The notes beneath the pieces were generated by a model. It saw only the letters and a program-made list of their open reading frames with translations. It was not told the origin of the DNA and made no database searches. From Bordetella parapertussis (GTDB lineage: Bacteria; Pseudomonadota; Gammaproteobacteria; Burkholderiales; JACQAP01), in assembly GCA_945900965.1 (NCBI GenBank), contig CAMDKM010000014.1, forward strand, positions 22,831-86,830: DNA of 64,000 bases, read 5' to 3'. Positions within the stretch are counted from its first letter, which is position 1; each line of letters starts with the position of its first letter. The translations under genes were made by a program, and so were the position numbers. Positions 44,909 through 53,668 of the stretch are shown here, in pieces.

Positions 44909-45742
44909 ATGGACGAACTGGATTTCACGGCGCCCGCGCGTGGCGACGACGCGCCCAAGCCCGATATCGCTCGGCAATGCTTTGAGTCGCTCGGCAAGGC
45001 CGAATCCCTCCCCGAAGGCGGCGTTTTTTTCAAGGAAGGTGAGGCCGCCGACCGAATGTATCTATTGATGGACGGCGAGGTCAGCCTGGTGCGCGGCGGC
45101 AAGGCGCTGGATATCGCGCGCAGCGGAGAGATTTTCGGCGAAGTGGCTGCCGTCACACAAGGCACACGCAGTGCTTCCGCCATCGCCCGCAAGGCTTGTC
45201 AGGCCTTGTCGCTGCATGTCGAACAATTCCCGCAAGCCGTGCAGGCCACCCCGGAATTTGCGCTGCAATTGATGGGCATCCTGAATAATCGCCTGCGCCT
45301 GACGGTTGCGTTGCTCGGACGCAGCCGTTCGCTGGCGACGGCGGACGCGCGCGAAGAGAAGCCGATTTTCGACAAGCGCGGACTCGAAGATCTTGCCGCG
45401 GGGATAAAGGCACGGCCGCCGCAGTCCTACCCTGCGGGCCGGGTGGTCATGAAAGAAGGCGATGCCGGGGTCTACATGTATGTCGTGCTGCGCGGAAAAC
45501 TGTCCATCAGCATCAAGGGCGCCGTTGTCGGGCAAGTCAGCGCGGGCGGCGTATTCGGCGAAATGGCCTTGGTGGATCAGTCGCCGCGCGCCGCCAGTGC
45601 GCTTGCCGACACCGAATGCCTGTTGCTCCAGATCAATCGCGCCGATTTTCTTAATCTGGTGAAATCCAATCCGACCTTCGCAATTGCGCTGATCAAGGCG
45701 ATTGCGAACCGGCTGCGTCACATGACCGCCCAAAAAAAATGA
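44909..45742 (+). CDS. protein with two cyclic-nucleotide-binding domains and no output domain
   Basis: Two cNMP-binding domain patterns (GEIFGEVAAV..RSASAIA and GGVFGEMALVDQSPRAASALA). The inner ATG is at 44909. Confidence 0.8.
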   Translation: MDELDFTAPARGDDAPKPDIARQCFESLGKAESLPEGGVFFKEGEAADRMYLLMDGEVSLVRGGKALDIARSGEIFGEVAAVTQGTRSASAIARKACQALSLHVEQFPQAVQATPEFALQLMGILNNRLRLTVALLGRSRSLATADAREEKPIFDKRGLEDLAAGIKARPPQSYPAGRVVMKEGDAGVYMYVVLRGKLSISIKGAVVGQVSAGGVFGEMALVDQSPRAASALADTECLLLQINRADFLNLVKSNPTFAIALIKAIANRLRHMTAQKK

Positions 45743-46269
45743 CCTCCACATTCCGCGCCCTGCCGCTGGTCTGGTTCACTCTTGCATTGACCGTTGTCAT
45801 TCTGAGTTCCAACATCCTGGTCCAGACCCCGATCAACGACTGGTTGACCTGGGGCGCCATCACTTATCCTTTCTCGTTCCTGATCACCGATCTGGCCAAC
45901 CGCTATTTTGGCAAGGCATTTGCCAGGCAAGTGGTTTATGTGGGCTTCATCATCGCGGTAGTGTTGTCCGCCTGGTATGCCACGCCGCGTATTGGCGCGG
46001 CTTCGGGACTGGCCTTCCTCACGGCGGAGTTGCTGGACGTCGGAATATTCGACCGACTACGCCAAAAAGCGTGGTGGCAGGCGCCCCTAATTTCCACCTT
46101 GGTTGCGTCAATCGTCGACACGGCGGTTTTCTTCACGCTGGCGTTTTACGGCACCGAAATGCCCTGGATTACGCTGGCATTGGGCGATCTCGCCGTCAAA
46201 TTCGCCCTTGCACTGGTCACACTGCTGCCCTTCCGCGCCGCCCTGCTGTTATATCGCCCCAGCCCCTGA
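45739..46269 (+). CDS. yhhQ: queuosine-precursor transporter family (YhhQ/VUT, DUF165) membrane protein
   Basis: ITYPFSFLITDLANRYFGK.. and multiple TM segments. ATGA overlap with the upstream cNMP gene. Confidence 0.75.
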   Translation: MTSTFRALPLVWFTLALTVVILSSNILVQTPINDWLTWGAITYPFSFLITDLANRYFGKAFARQVVYVGFIIAVVLSAWYATPRIGAASGLAFLTAELLDVGIFDRLRQKAWWQAPLISTLVASIVDTAVFFTLAFYGTEMPWITLALGDLAVKFALALVTLLPFRAALLLYRPSP

Positions 46270-46373
46270 GGGTTGCGGCGCGAGATTTGCTTGGCATAAC
46301 TGTCTCGCTTAGTTTGGCGAGCCTCTCAGCCGGACGCAAAGTTCGCGTCCGAGCACCTCAGACAGGAGGCAAC

Positions 46374-46919
46374 ATGGAAGCCAGTGTTCAATCCAGAAAT
46401 CCGTACTCCACACCCAAGGCGACGGTATCCGGCGCGCAAACCGAATTCGGGGAAATCAAGATTCTCTCGGCCCGAGGGCGCCTTGGCCGAGTCCGTTATA
46501 TCGGCTACTCGATCGGCCTGACATTGCTTGTTGCAATGTTGGTTGGCGGACTTGGGGGAGGGCTCGCGACAGCAGTGGGTCCCGGGGTCGCAATGGCCGT
46601 CGCGGGTATCGGCTACATTTTCATGTTTGTAGTAATGTTTTTGCTGACGATTCAACGGGCCCACGATTTCAATACGACAGGATGGTTATCGCTCTTGTCG
46701 CTGATTCCCCTGGTCAATTTCATATTCTGGTTCGTCCCCGGCACCGAGGGCGAGAACCGATTCGGCAAACAGACACCACCGAACAGCGTGGGGGCCATGC
46801 TGTTGGCTTCGATTCTGCCGCTGATATTTGTGGTGGGCATCGTTGCAGCCATAGCCCTTCCCGCCTATCAAGACTATGTAAAACGAGCGGCCGAGGCGTC
46901 TGGACAGCAGACCCAGTAA
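46374..46919 (+). CDS. DUF805 family membrane protein with a type-IV-pilin-like C-terminal helix
   Basis: SD ACAGGAGG. DUF805 core LLTIQRAHDFNTTGWLSLLSLIPLVNFIFWFV.GTEGENRFG. The C-terminus is GIVAAIALPAYQDYVKRAAE. Confidence 0.75.
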   Translation: MEASVQSRNPYSTPKATVSGAQTEFGEIKILSARGRLGRVRYIGYSIGLTLLVAMLVGGLGGGLATAVGPGVAMAVAGIGYIFMFVVMFLLTIQRAHDFNTTGWLSLLSLIPLVNFIFWFVPGTEGENRFGKQTPPNSVGAMLLASILPLIFVVGIVAAIALPAYQDYVKRAAEASGQQTQ

Positions 46920-46971
46920 GTTCCCTGAAAACGACGCACGGAATTTTTGGCAGACCGCGTTGACTATTTCC

Positions 46972-47820
46972 ATGCGCCGTCGAACTGCCTATTGGGCATT
47001 TCTGGCCTTCCTGACGTTTTTCGGCGGCTGCAAGTCGCTGACCGGCATACTGGACGGAGTGCCCAAACCTTCCGTGAAAGTGCTGGGCGTAGGCCTGCAA
47101 GGCCTTTCGCTCAGCGGGGCATCGCTGGTTTTCGACCTCGAGATTTCCAATCCCTACGCAGCCAGCCTGCCGCTGGTCGATCTGTCCTATACGCTTGCCA
47201 GTGGCGGAAACACGATCCTGGAAGGCAAAGTCGTGCAAAGTGGTTCGGTTCCGGCGAGAGGCACACAAGTCATCCAACTTCCGGCCAACTTCCGGTTTTC
47301 GGCTTTGCTCGAAGTCTTGAAGGGCGTGAAGCCCGGCGCGGTAATTGGATACCAGGCTGATTTTTCCCTGGGCGTGAACGCGCCGGTGCTCGGCATGATG
47401 TCGCTGCCGTTTTCGCATAAGGGAGAGCTGCCGATTCCTGCCATGCCGCAAATCGAACTGGCTTCCTTCGAACTCGCCAAACTCGGATTGGAAGAAACCC
47501 GCGCCACCGCGCATGTGCGTGTGAAGAACACCAATCAGTTCCCGCTCGATCTTTCAAAACTGGGCCTGGATTTCGCGCTCGGGGAACAGGAGATTGTCCG
47601 CACCAGTACCAGCAACGCAATCAGCCTGAAACCGGACGAAACCCAGACGCTGCTGGTATCCCTGTCGTTTTCTCCGCGCACACTCGGTGTGGGCTTGCTT
47701 AATCTGCTGCGTGGCAATGAAATTGCCTATCAACTTCGTGGCGTACTTGAGGCGAACACCCGCTTCGGCCCGCTTTCGCTGCCCCTGAGTCGAATCGGCA
47801 ACACGCCGGTGCGGCGCTAA
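46972..47820 (+). CDS. LEA type 2 (WHy/LEA14-like) lipoprotein, two domains
   Basis: Lipobox FLTFFGG-C. There are two LEA_2-like halves (V.V.GL.....L.F.L.I.NPY...L). The ORF-track TTG at 46960 is the alternative start. Confidence 0.7.
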   Translation: MRRRTAYWAFLAFLTFFGGCKSLTGILDGVPKPSVKVLGVGLQGLSLSGASLVFDLEISNPYAASLPLVDLSYTLASGGNTILEGKVVQSGSVPARGTQVIQLPANFRFSALLEVLKGVKPGAVIGYQADFSLGVNAPVLGMMSLPFSHKGELPIPAMPQIELASFELAKLGLEETRATAHVRVKNTNQFPLDLSKLGLDFALGEQEIVRTSTSNAISLKPDETQTLLVSLSFSPRTLGVGLLNLLRGNEIAYQLRGVLEANTRFGPLSLPLSRIGNTPVRR

Positions 47821-47876
47821 TGTTCAAACGCCATCGCTCGCCTTGCGACGGCAGGTACAAAACAGGTTAAGGCGAA

Positions 47877-48428
47877 TTATTTCTTCAAGCGGGCGGAAAA
47901 TTTATGACGGAACTTGGCCATCTTCGGGGCCACCACGTATTGGCAGTAGGGCTGGTTGGGATTTTTCTCGAAGTACTCCTGATGGTAGCCCTCTGCCGCG
48001 TAAAACCTCTCGGCCGTCGCCACTTCGGTCACAATCGGGGAATCAAAGGCCCGCTCAACGGTGAGTTCGCGAATGATGGCTTCGGCTTCGTGCTTCTGTG
48101 CGGGCGTGTGATAAAAAATCGCCGAACGGTACTGTGTACCCACGTCGTTGCCCTGCCTGTTGAGCGTGGTCGGATCGTGAATCACAAAAAATACTTCCAG
48201 CAGATCGCGGAATGAAATCGCTTGTGGGTCGAATGCGATTTGCACCACCTCCGCATGGCCGGTATCTCCGTCACACACTCTTTGGTAGGTCGGATTCGGC
48301 ATCTCGCCACCCATGTAACCGGACTCGACAGCGACAACACCGATGAGGCGATCGTATGCGGCTTCCAGACACCAGAAACACCCCCCCGCCAGCGTGGCCA
48401 ACTGCGTAGCTCCCGGATTTTTGTCCAT
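47877..48428 (-). CDS. msrA: peptide-methionine (S)-S-oxide reductase MsrA, cytoplasmic form
   Basis: GGCFWCLEAAYDRL.GV..VESGYMGG..GHAEVVQIAFDP. ATG 48428 after GGGAGAG. No signal peptide. Confidence 0.9.
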   Translation of the reverse strand: MDKNPGATQLATLAGGCFWCLEAAYDRLIGVVAVESGYMGGEMPNPTYQRVCDGDTGHAEVVQIAFDPQAISFRDLLEVFFVIHDPTTLNRQGNDVGTQYRSAIFYHTPAQKHEAEAIIRELTVERAFDSPIVTEVATAERFYAAEGYHQEYFEKNPNQPYCQYVVAPKMAKFRHKFSARLKK

Positions 48429-48673
48429 GCCGTACTCTCCCAATGTTCGCTGCCAACCGTAACACTACCACTGCCGGCCCGGCCAAGGATAAGCATGACA
48501 AACTGCCCCGAAAATGCTCGTGCATGGAAGGGCAAAACTGTCATAATTTATAAATCGAACAAGCAGATGCGACGCAGTTGCATTACCGCCGTCAATAAAA
48601 TGAATCCTGTATCGCGTGACCCTCCGAATAATGTCGAGCGCCCGGCTTCGTACGTCCGGCGCAAAAGCGATTG

Positions 48674-49792
48674 ATGACAACGCACGCTTCCATGCCGCGG
48701 GTGTTGCTGGCGGACAACGCACCAGACAATCGCCTGCTGATGACCTTATACCTGCGGCGCTCCGGGATCGAAATCCTGACCGCCCAGACCGGAGAAGAAA
48801 CATTGCAGATTGCCGCCACCATGAAGCCCGGTCTGCTTGTGTTGGACCAATCGGTATCCGGGATGTCGGGTTACGAAGTCTGCCGCCGCATCAAGGCCAA
48901 TCCGGAAACTTCACCCACCCAGGTGGTTTTCGTCACTTCAAGCGGCGACCGCGACGTACGCATCCTTGCCCTGCAGGCAGGCGCCGACGATTTTTTCGCC
49001 AAACCCTTGAACCGAGACGAATTCCTGTTTCGCGTGAAATCTCTGATCAACCAGGCACGCATCGACTCGCGGGGCTCAATCGATCGCGCCGCCAGACATC
49101 TCTCCCAATCGGCACCCGCACAATTCGAACACTTGACGCCCCGCAAGGTGATGGGGGCGGACCCGGCGCCCAGCACCCAAAATAGCACGCCTGCCGATTT
49201 CCAGAACCGTTTCGACGCCGTGATTCTGTTCGCGGACTTGCGCGGTTTTACCCGCATGGCGGAACAGCTTTCGCCGGCCAAGGTGGTGACCTTGCTCAAT
49301 CAGTTCTTTTCCCTGCTCACCGATGTTGCCTATCGCCACAATGGCGTAATTTTTAACATGGCCGGAGACAGTCTGTTGATAGGGTTCGGTGTGCCGTTCG
49401 AGCGCAAGGATGCCTTGACACAAGCAGTGAGTTGCGGCCGCGAAATGCTGCGGGCATTTCAAGGTCTCTCTGCATCCTGGGAAGCCGAGCACGGCCTGCA
49501 AACCGGACTGGGCATTGGTATCAACAAGGGCGAGGTGATCGCAGGCAATGTCGGCTCGGTCGGATATTCAAACTTCACGATCATCGGCGACGCCGTAAAC
49601 ATCGCCTCACGGCTGGTGCAGCGCGCGCGATCCGGAGAAATGATGTTGTCCGAACGCATCGTTGAGGGCTTGAAATCGGCCAATTTTGCAATCGATGTCA
49701 TTGCTCTGGCACCCTTGACGCTGCGCGGCCGCAGGGAGCCGATCAGTCTGTACTGCGTGCCTGCTGAGGATCGTATCGATACGCGCATCTGA
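48674..49792 (+). CDS. response-regulator receiver fused to a class III adenylate/guanylate cyclase domain
   Basis: The receiver is RVLLADN..LLVLDQSVSGMSG..FAKP. The cyclase is AVILFADLRGFTRMAE..FNMAGDSLLIGFG..GIGINKGEVIAGNVG..TIIGDAVNIASRL. Confidence 0.85.
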   Translation: MTTHASMPRVLLADNAPDNRLLMTLYLRRSGIEILTAQTGEETLQIAATMKPGLLVLDQSVSGMSGYEVCRRIKANPETSPTQVVFVTSSGDRDVRILALQAGADDFFAKPLNRDEFLFRVKSLINQARIDSRGSIDRAARHLSQSAPAQFEHLTPRKVMGADPAPSTQNSTPADFQNRFDAVILFADLRGFTRMAEQLSPAKVVTLLNQFFSLLTDVAYRHNGVIFNMAGDSLLIGFGVPFERKDALTQAVSCGREMLRAFQGLSASWEAEHGLQTGLGIGINKGEVIAGNVGSVGYSNFTIIGDAVNIASRLVQRARSGEMMLSERIVEGLKSANFAIDVIALAPLTLRGRREPISLYCVPAEDRIDTRI

Positions 49793-49852
49793 GTCATAGA
49801 GTAAAAAATTTTGTACCATGGCTGATCATTGCCACGACTGGAGGGGGACATC

Positions 49853-50593
49853 ATGAAACGCTTCGACCCGGTCACCCAAGCCCGGATTGACCTGACCGCA
49901 GCACTACGCTCGGCGGCGCGCATGGGCCTGAACGAAGGGGTCTGCAATCATTTCAGCCTGGAAATGCCTGGCGACCCCAGTCGTTTTCTGATCAATCCGC
50001 AGGGGCTGCACTGGTCGGAAATCACCCCCGCCGACTTGATGGTGGTGGACGAAAAAGGCGTGGTGGTGGAAGGCCGTCACAAGGTCGAGCCCACTGCCTT
50101 CTTCATTCACGGCCGCATACACCTTGGCAAACGCAAGAAGTGTGTGCTTCATACTCACATGCCATTTGCTACCGCGCTGACCATCCTGGAAAACGGCGAA
50201 CTGGACGTCTGCGCCAACCAGAGTGCCATGCGTTATTACGGCCGCATCGGTTATGATCGCAGCTATGGCGGCGTGGCCCTGGCCAATGAAGAAGGCGACC
50301 GTATCTGCAATGCGCTGGGGGACAAGGACGTGGTGTTTCTCGAACACCACGGCGCCATCGTCTGCGGCGACAACGTGGCCTATGCCTTCGACGATCTTTA
50401 TTACCTGGAGCGTTGTTGCATGGTGCAGGCGCTGGCATTGGGAACTGGCGGCAAACTCAAACGCGTGCCGGAGAAAATGGTCGCCGAGGTTTGCAAGCAG
50501 ATTGGCGCCGAGCGCCAGCAGTCGGTACTGCACTTCGAGGCACTGAAAAGGCTGCTGGACCGCGACGAGCCAGGCTGGTCGCGATTGAATTAA
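49853..50593 (+). CDS. class II aldolase/adducin family protein
   Basis: SD GGAGGGGGA. NHFS.., CVLHTHMPFATAL and VVFLEHHGAIVCG patterns. Confidence 0.85.
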   Translation: MKRFDPVTQARIDLTAALRSAARMGLNEGVCNHFSLEMPGDPSRFLINPQGLHWSEITPADLMVVDEKGVVVEGRHKVEPTAFFIHGRIHLGKRKKCVLHTHMPFATALTILENGELDVCANQSAMRYYGRIGYDRSYGGVALANEEGDRICNALGDKDVVFLEHHGAIVCGDNVAYAFDDLYYLERCCMVQALALGTGGKLKRVPEKMVAEVCKQIGAERQQSVLHFEALKRLLDRDEPGWSRLN

Positions 50594-50763
50594 CCTGAAA
50601 ACCGCACCACAGAGACACCGAGGCACAGAAAAGAACGATACTTAAACCAGTTGCCATGCCAATCGTATTCGTCTTACTGGTGAATACGCGAATGGACGAA
50701 TGAAGTGGGTTCTTCTCCGCGTTCTCTGTGTCTCTGTGTCTCTGTGGTTCAATCGCTTTTTTT
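50594..50763. repeat. composite inverted-repeat element, copy B (TCTCTGTG units), possible bidirectional terminator
   Basis: Right arm GTTCT-TCTCCGCG-TTCTCTGTG-TCTCTGTG-TCTCTGTG followed by ..CGCTTTTTTT. The reverse complement of the left arm is GTTCT-TTTCTGTG-CCTCGGTG-TCTCTGTG-GTGCGGTTTTCAGG. The core has an inner hairpin CGTATTC..GAATACG. It lies between convergent genes. Confidence 0.55.
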
Positions 50764-50782
50764 GGATTGAGCGTGCGGAAGT

Positions 50783-51976
50783 CTATTTCCCCCCGAAATT
50801 CGGCTCAGGCTCCAGACCGAAGACCTGCCGCAGATAGGCCAGATAACCCGGGTCAGTGGCCATCGTTTTCCCCGGCGAGTCCGATACCTTGGCCACAGGC
50901 TGGCCATTGCACTGGGTCATCTTGATCACGATATTGATCGGCTCGAAACCCGCGTCGTTGGTCAAATTGGTGCCGATTCCGAACGCGGTTTTCGCCTGGC
51001 CGTGGAATCGACTGGCGATCTCGATGGCCAGCGGCACCGAAAGCTGATCGGAAAAAATCAGGGTTTTGGTGCGCGGATCGACCCGATTCTTGTGGTAGTG
51101 CGCGATGACTTTTTCGCCCCAGATAAACGGATCCCCCGAATCGTGCCGCGCGCCATCGAAGAGTTTGCAGAAATACATGTCGAAATCGCGCAGGAAAGCA
51201 TCCAGGCCGTAAGTATCCGATAGGGCGATACCGAGATCGCCCCGGTATTCCTTGGCCCACACGTCAAAGGCAAATACCTGGGAATCGCGCAGCCTTGGGC
51301 CCAGCGCCTGGCAAGCCTGCATGTATTCGTGCGCCATGGTGCCCAGCGGCGTCACGCCATGTTTCATGGCAAGCCAGACATTTGAAGTGCCGGCGAAATA
51401 CGGGCGGATTTCGTTGGCCAGCGTGCGTACGACTTCCTCGTGCCAGTCCACGGAAAAGCGCCGCCGGGTGCCAAAATCGGAAATCTTGAAATCCAGCGCC
51501 GGATCGACCTTGCGCACCATGCCGATTTTTTCCAGAAGCCGCCTGCGCGCATCGGCCAGATTCGCCCGAGGCTGTGTGCCGCGAAAATATACTTCCGAGA
51601 CAATGGCCAGCATCGGAATTTCGTAGAGAATGGTGTGCAGCCACGGGCCGCGAATGGTGATGTCGATTTCACCCGCACCTTCCCCCGCCGTGACCTGAAT
51701 ATATTTCTCGTTGAACTGGAACAGGGCCAGGAAATCCACAAAATCGGATTTCATGAAACGCAGCCCGCGCAGATACAGCAGCTCGTTCTCGCGGAAACGC
51801 AGTTGGGTCAGCGCCGCCACTTCGGTTCGAATCGCATCAGTATGAGAGGCAAGGTCCACACCTTCGGTGCGGCACTTGAAGCGGTACTCCACCTGCGCGC
51901 CGGGAAAATGATGCAGCACCACCTGCATCATGGTGAACTTGTAGAGATCCGTGTCGAGAAGCGAGCGAATGATCAT
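50783..51976 (-). CDS. pncB: nicotinate phosphoribosyltransferase
   Basis: [18 protein letters not shown].. N-terminus and the full-length PncB pattern (397 aa). Confidence 0.9.
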   Translation of the reverse strand: MIIRSLLDTDLYKFTMMQVVLHHFPGAQVEYRFKCRTEGVDLASHTDAIRTEVAALTQLRFRENELLYLRGLRFMKSDFVDFLALFQFNEKYIQVTAGEGAGEIDITIRGPWLHTILYEIPMLAIVSEVYFRGTQPRANLADARRRLLEKIGMVRKVDPALDFKISDFGTRRRFSVDWHEEVVRTLANEIRPYFAGTSNVWLAMKHGVTPLGTMAHEYMQACQALGPRLRDSQVFAFDVWAKEYRGDLGIALSDTYGLDAFLRDFDMYFCKLFDGARHDSGDPFIWGEKVIAHYHKNRVDPRTKTLIFSDQLSVPLAIEIASRFHGQAKTAFGIGTNLTNDAGFEPINIVIKMTQCNGQPVAKVSDSPGKTMATDPGYLAYLRQVFGLEPEPNFGGK

Positions 51977-52126
51977 TTCTGGATTCTACCAAGCATCACC
52001 CGCGCCACTGAGAATTTTCCATTCGAGCACGAGATACGACGAAGGATTTAGAGAGTCAGCGCGTCATGCCTTCCGGCTGGTTAGAACTTTGAGACGATCG
52101 GCGTTCTTAAAATAAACCGGAGGCAT

Positions 52127-53668
52127 TCACTCGGCCATTGTGGTGGCAGCCCCGAGTGGAACGGCCACTTTGAGCGCGGCCTGTTCCAGCGCGGCGGCGA
52201 ACTTCGCCCCGGTGTCATCGGCCAGCGCGGCATCGCGCAGACCACGCAGCAATTCACCGGCGCGCGGGACATCTTTGAGTTTAGGCAGCACTGCCATAAG
52301 GGTGGAAAAATTGGTCAGCCCGCGGGAATGGGTGTCGCTATACCCTTTTACCAGTCGCTGGCACTCGGCCACTGCCACCGCGAGGTCATAATTCACGGCT
52401 GCGGTGTCGCGAATGCAGGCCAGCCAACCGGCAATGCGTTTATGTTCTTCCCGATAGCGCAGTGACGCCCTGCGCAGAGGCCGTAAAGCGGCAATGCCGT
52501 ATAGCAGCAGGAATCCACGGATGGAGTTGGTGTGGACCACTCTGCCTTTGCGCGTGAACCGCCCCGCCAATTCTTTCGCCCAAGGGGAGCGCAATAGCCA
52601 TGCGCCCAACGCCGCAGGCAGCGTGTCGGCAATTTCCTCGACTCGCGGATGCAGAAATTCCTTGATGCCGACAACTTGGTCCGGCTGCAAGCGCACTTCC
52701 TCGCGCACGCGCTGAAAGCGGGTGCGCCGGGTTTTGAGGTCGGCTACGCGAATAGTGTCTTCGTAACTCATCCACAGCGCGAGATAACGGGCGGTTTCAC
52801 TCAGCAATCTGGCCGCACTGTCGGGTGCGCGCGCTTCGAGATCGCGCATTGCTGCCAGCGAATTCAGATACTGGGTGGCGTAAGCCACATCCTGGTAATC
52901 CGCGAGACGGTGAATGCCGGCGAGTAGCGTGGCATGGGTCGGCGCGGGAAACTCGGCGAGGATCCGCACATTCAGCTCGCGCAGTTTTTCACCCACGGGC
53001 ACGGAAGGGTGCGCGGGCGGCTGAAGCTCCGGCACGCCCGATGATGCCAATTTGTAACCCGCCTCAAACGCACGCAGGCTCGCCTCCACGCCCACGCCGC
53101 CGCGACGAATGGCAGACTCGAACGCCGGACGGTCAAACGGCAAGCGAGCGCTGGCGCACAAGGCACCGAACAACACCGCGCTGATGACGCTGCCGGTTTG
53201 CTCGGCGGCGCGCGAAAAATCGGCACAGATCCATTGTTTGGCGGCGGCCTTGCCCGATTCCAGAAGGCGTTGGGCATCGACGCGGCCGTCGGCCATCGCG
53301 GTTTTTTCCGTCATGGAATACACGCGGTTGGTCGAGGCGATAAACGTCGTGCGCTCCGGCGTCACCAAGCCGCGTTGAATCGCTCGCCCGGCTTCCATCA
53401 ATTCGGAGGCAATCACCACATCGACATCGCCCGGGAACGGCGCCAGCGCCAGCACCGGTTCGGCCGCGCCGGTCACAACAGGCATCATCTCGACGTAATA
53501 AATCGTGGCACCAGTACGCTGTGCCACACCTGGCACCGAGGTGCCCTGCGCGCGATAGCCTGCGGATTCCGCCAGATCGATGATCCAGTCCGCCAGCACG
53601 CCCCCGCCTTCGCCACCCATGGCGAGGATGGCGACATTGATCGAGACATTGCCTGGAGATGAACTCAT
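52127..53668 (-). CDS. iorB: indolepyruvate ferredoxin oxidoreductase, beta subunit family
   Basis: The N-terminus INVAILAMGGEGGGVLADWI..SVPGVAQRTG is typical of IorB-like proteins. ATGA overlap with iorA. Confidence 0.8.
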   Translation of the reverse strand: MSSSPGNVSINVAILAMGGEGGGVLADWIIDLAESAGYRAQGTSVPGVAQRTGATIYYVEMMPVVTGAAEPVLALAPFPGDVDVVIASELMEAGRAIQRGLVTPERTTFIASTNRVYSMTEKTAMADGRVDAQRLLESGKAAAKQWICADFSRAAEQTGSVISAVLFGALCASARLPFDRPAFESAIRRGGVGVEASLRAFEAGYKLASSGVPELQPPAHPSVPVGEKLRELNVRILAEFPAPTHATLLAGIHRLADYQDVAYATQYLNSLAAMRDLEARAPDSAARLLSETARYLALWMSYEDTIRVADLKTRRTRFQRVREEVRLQPDQVVGIKEFLHPRVEEIADTLPAALGAWLLRSPWAKELAGRFTRKGRVVHTNSIRGFLLLYGIAALRPLRRASLRYREEHKRIAGWLACIRDTAAVNYDLAVAVAECQRLVKGYSDTHSRGLTNFSTLMAVLPKLKDVPRAGELLRGLRDAALADDTGAKFAAALEQAALKVAVPLGAATTMAE

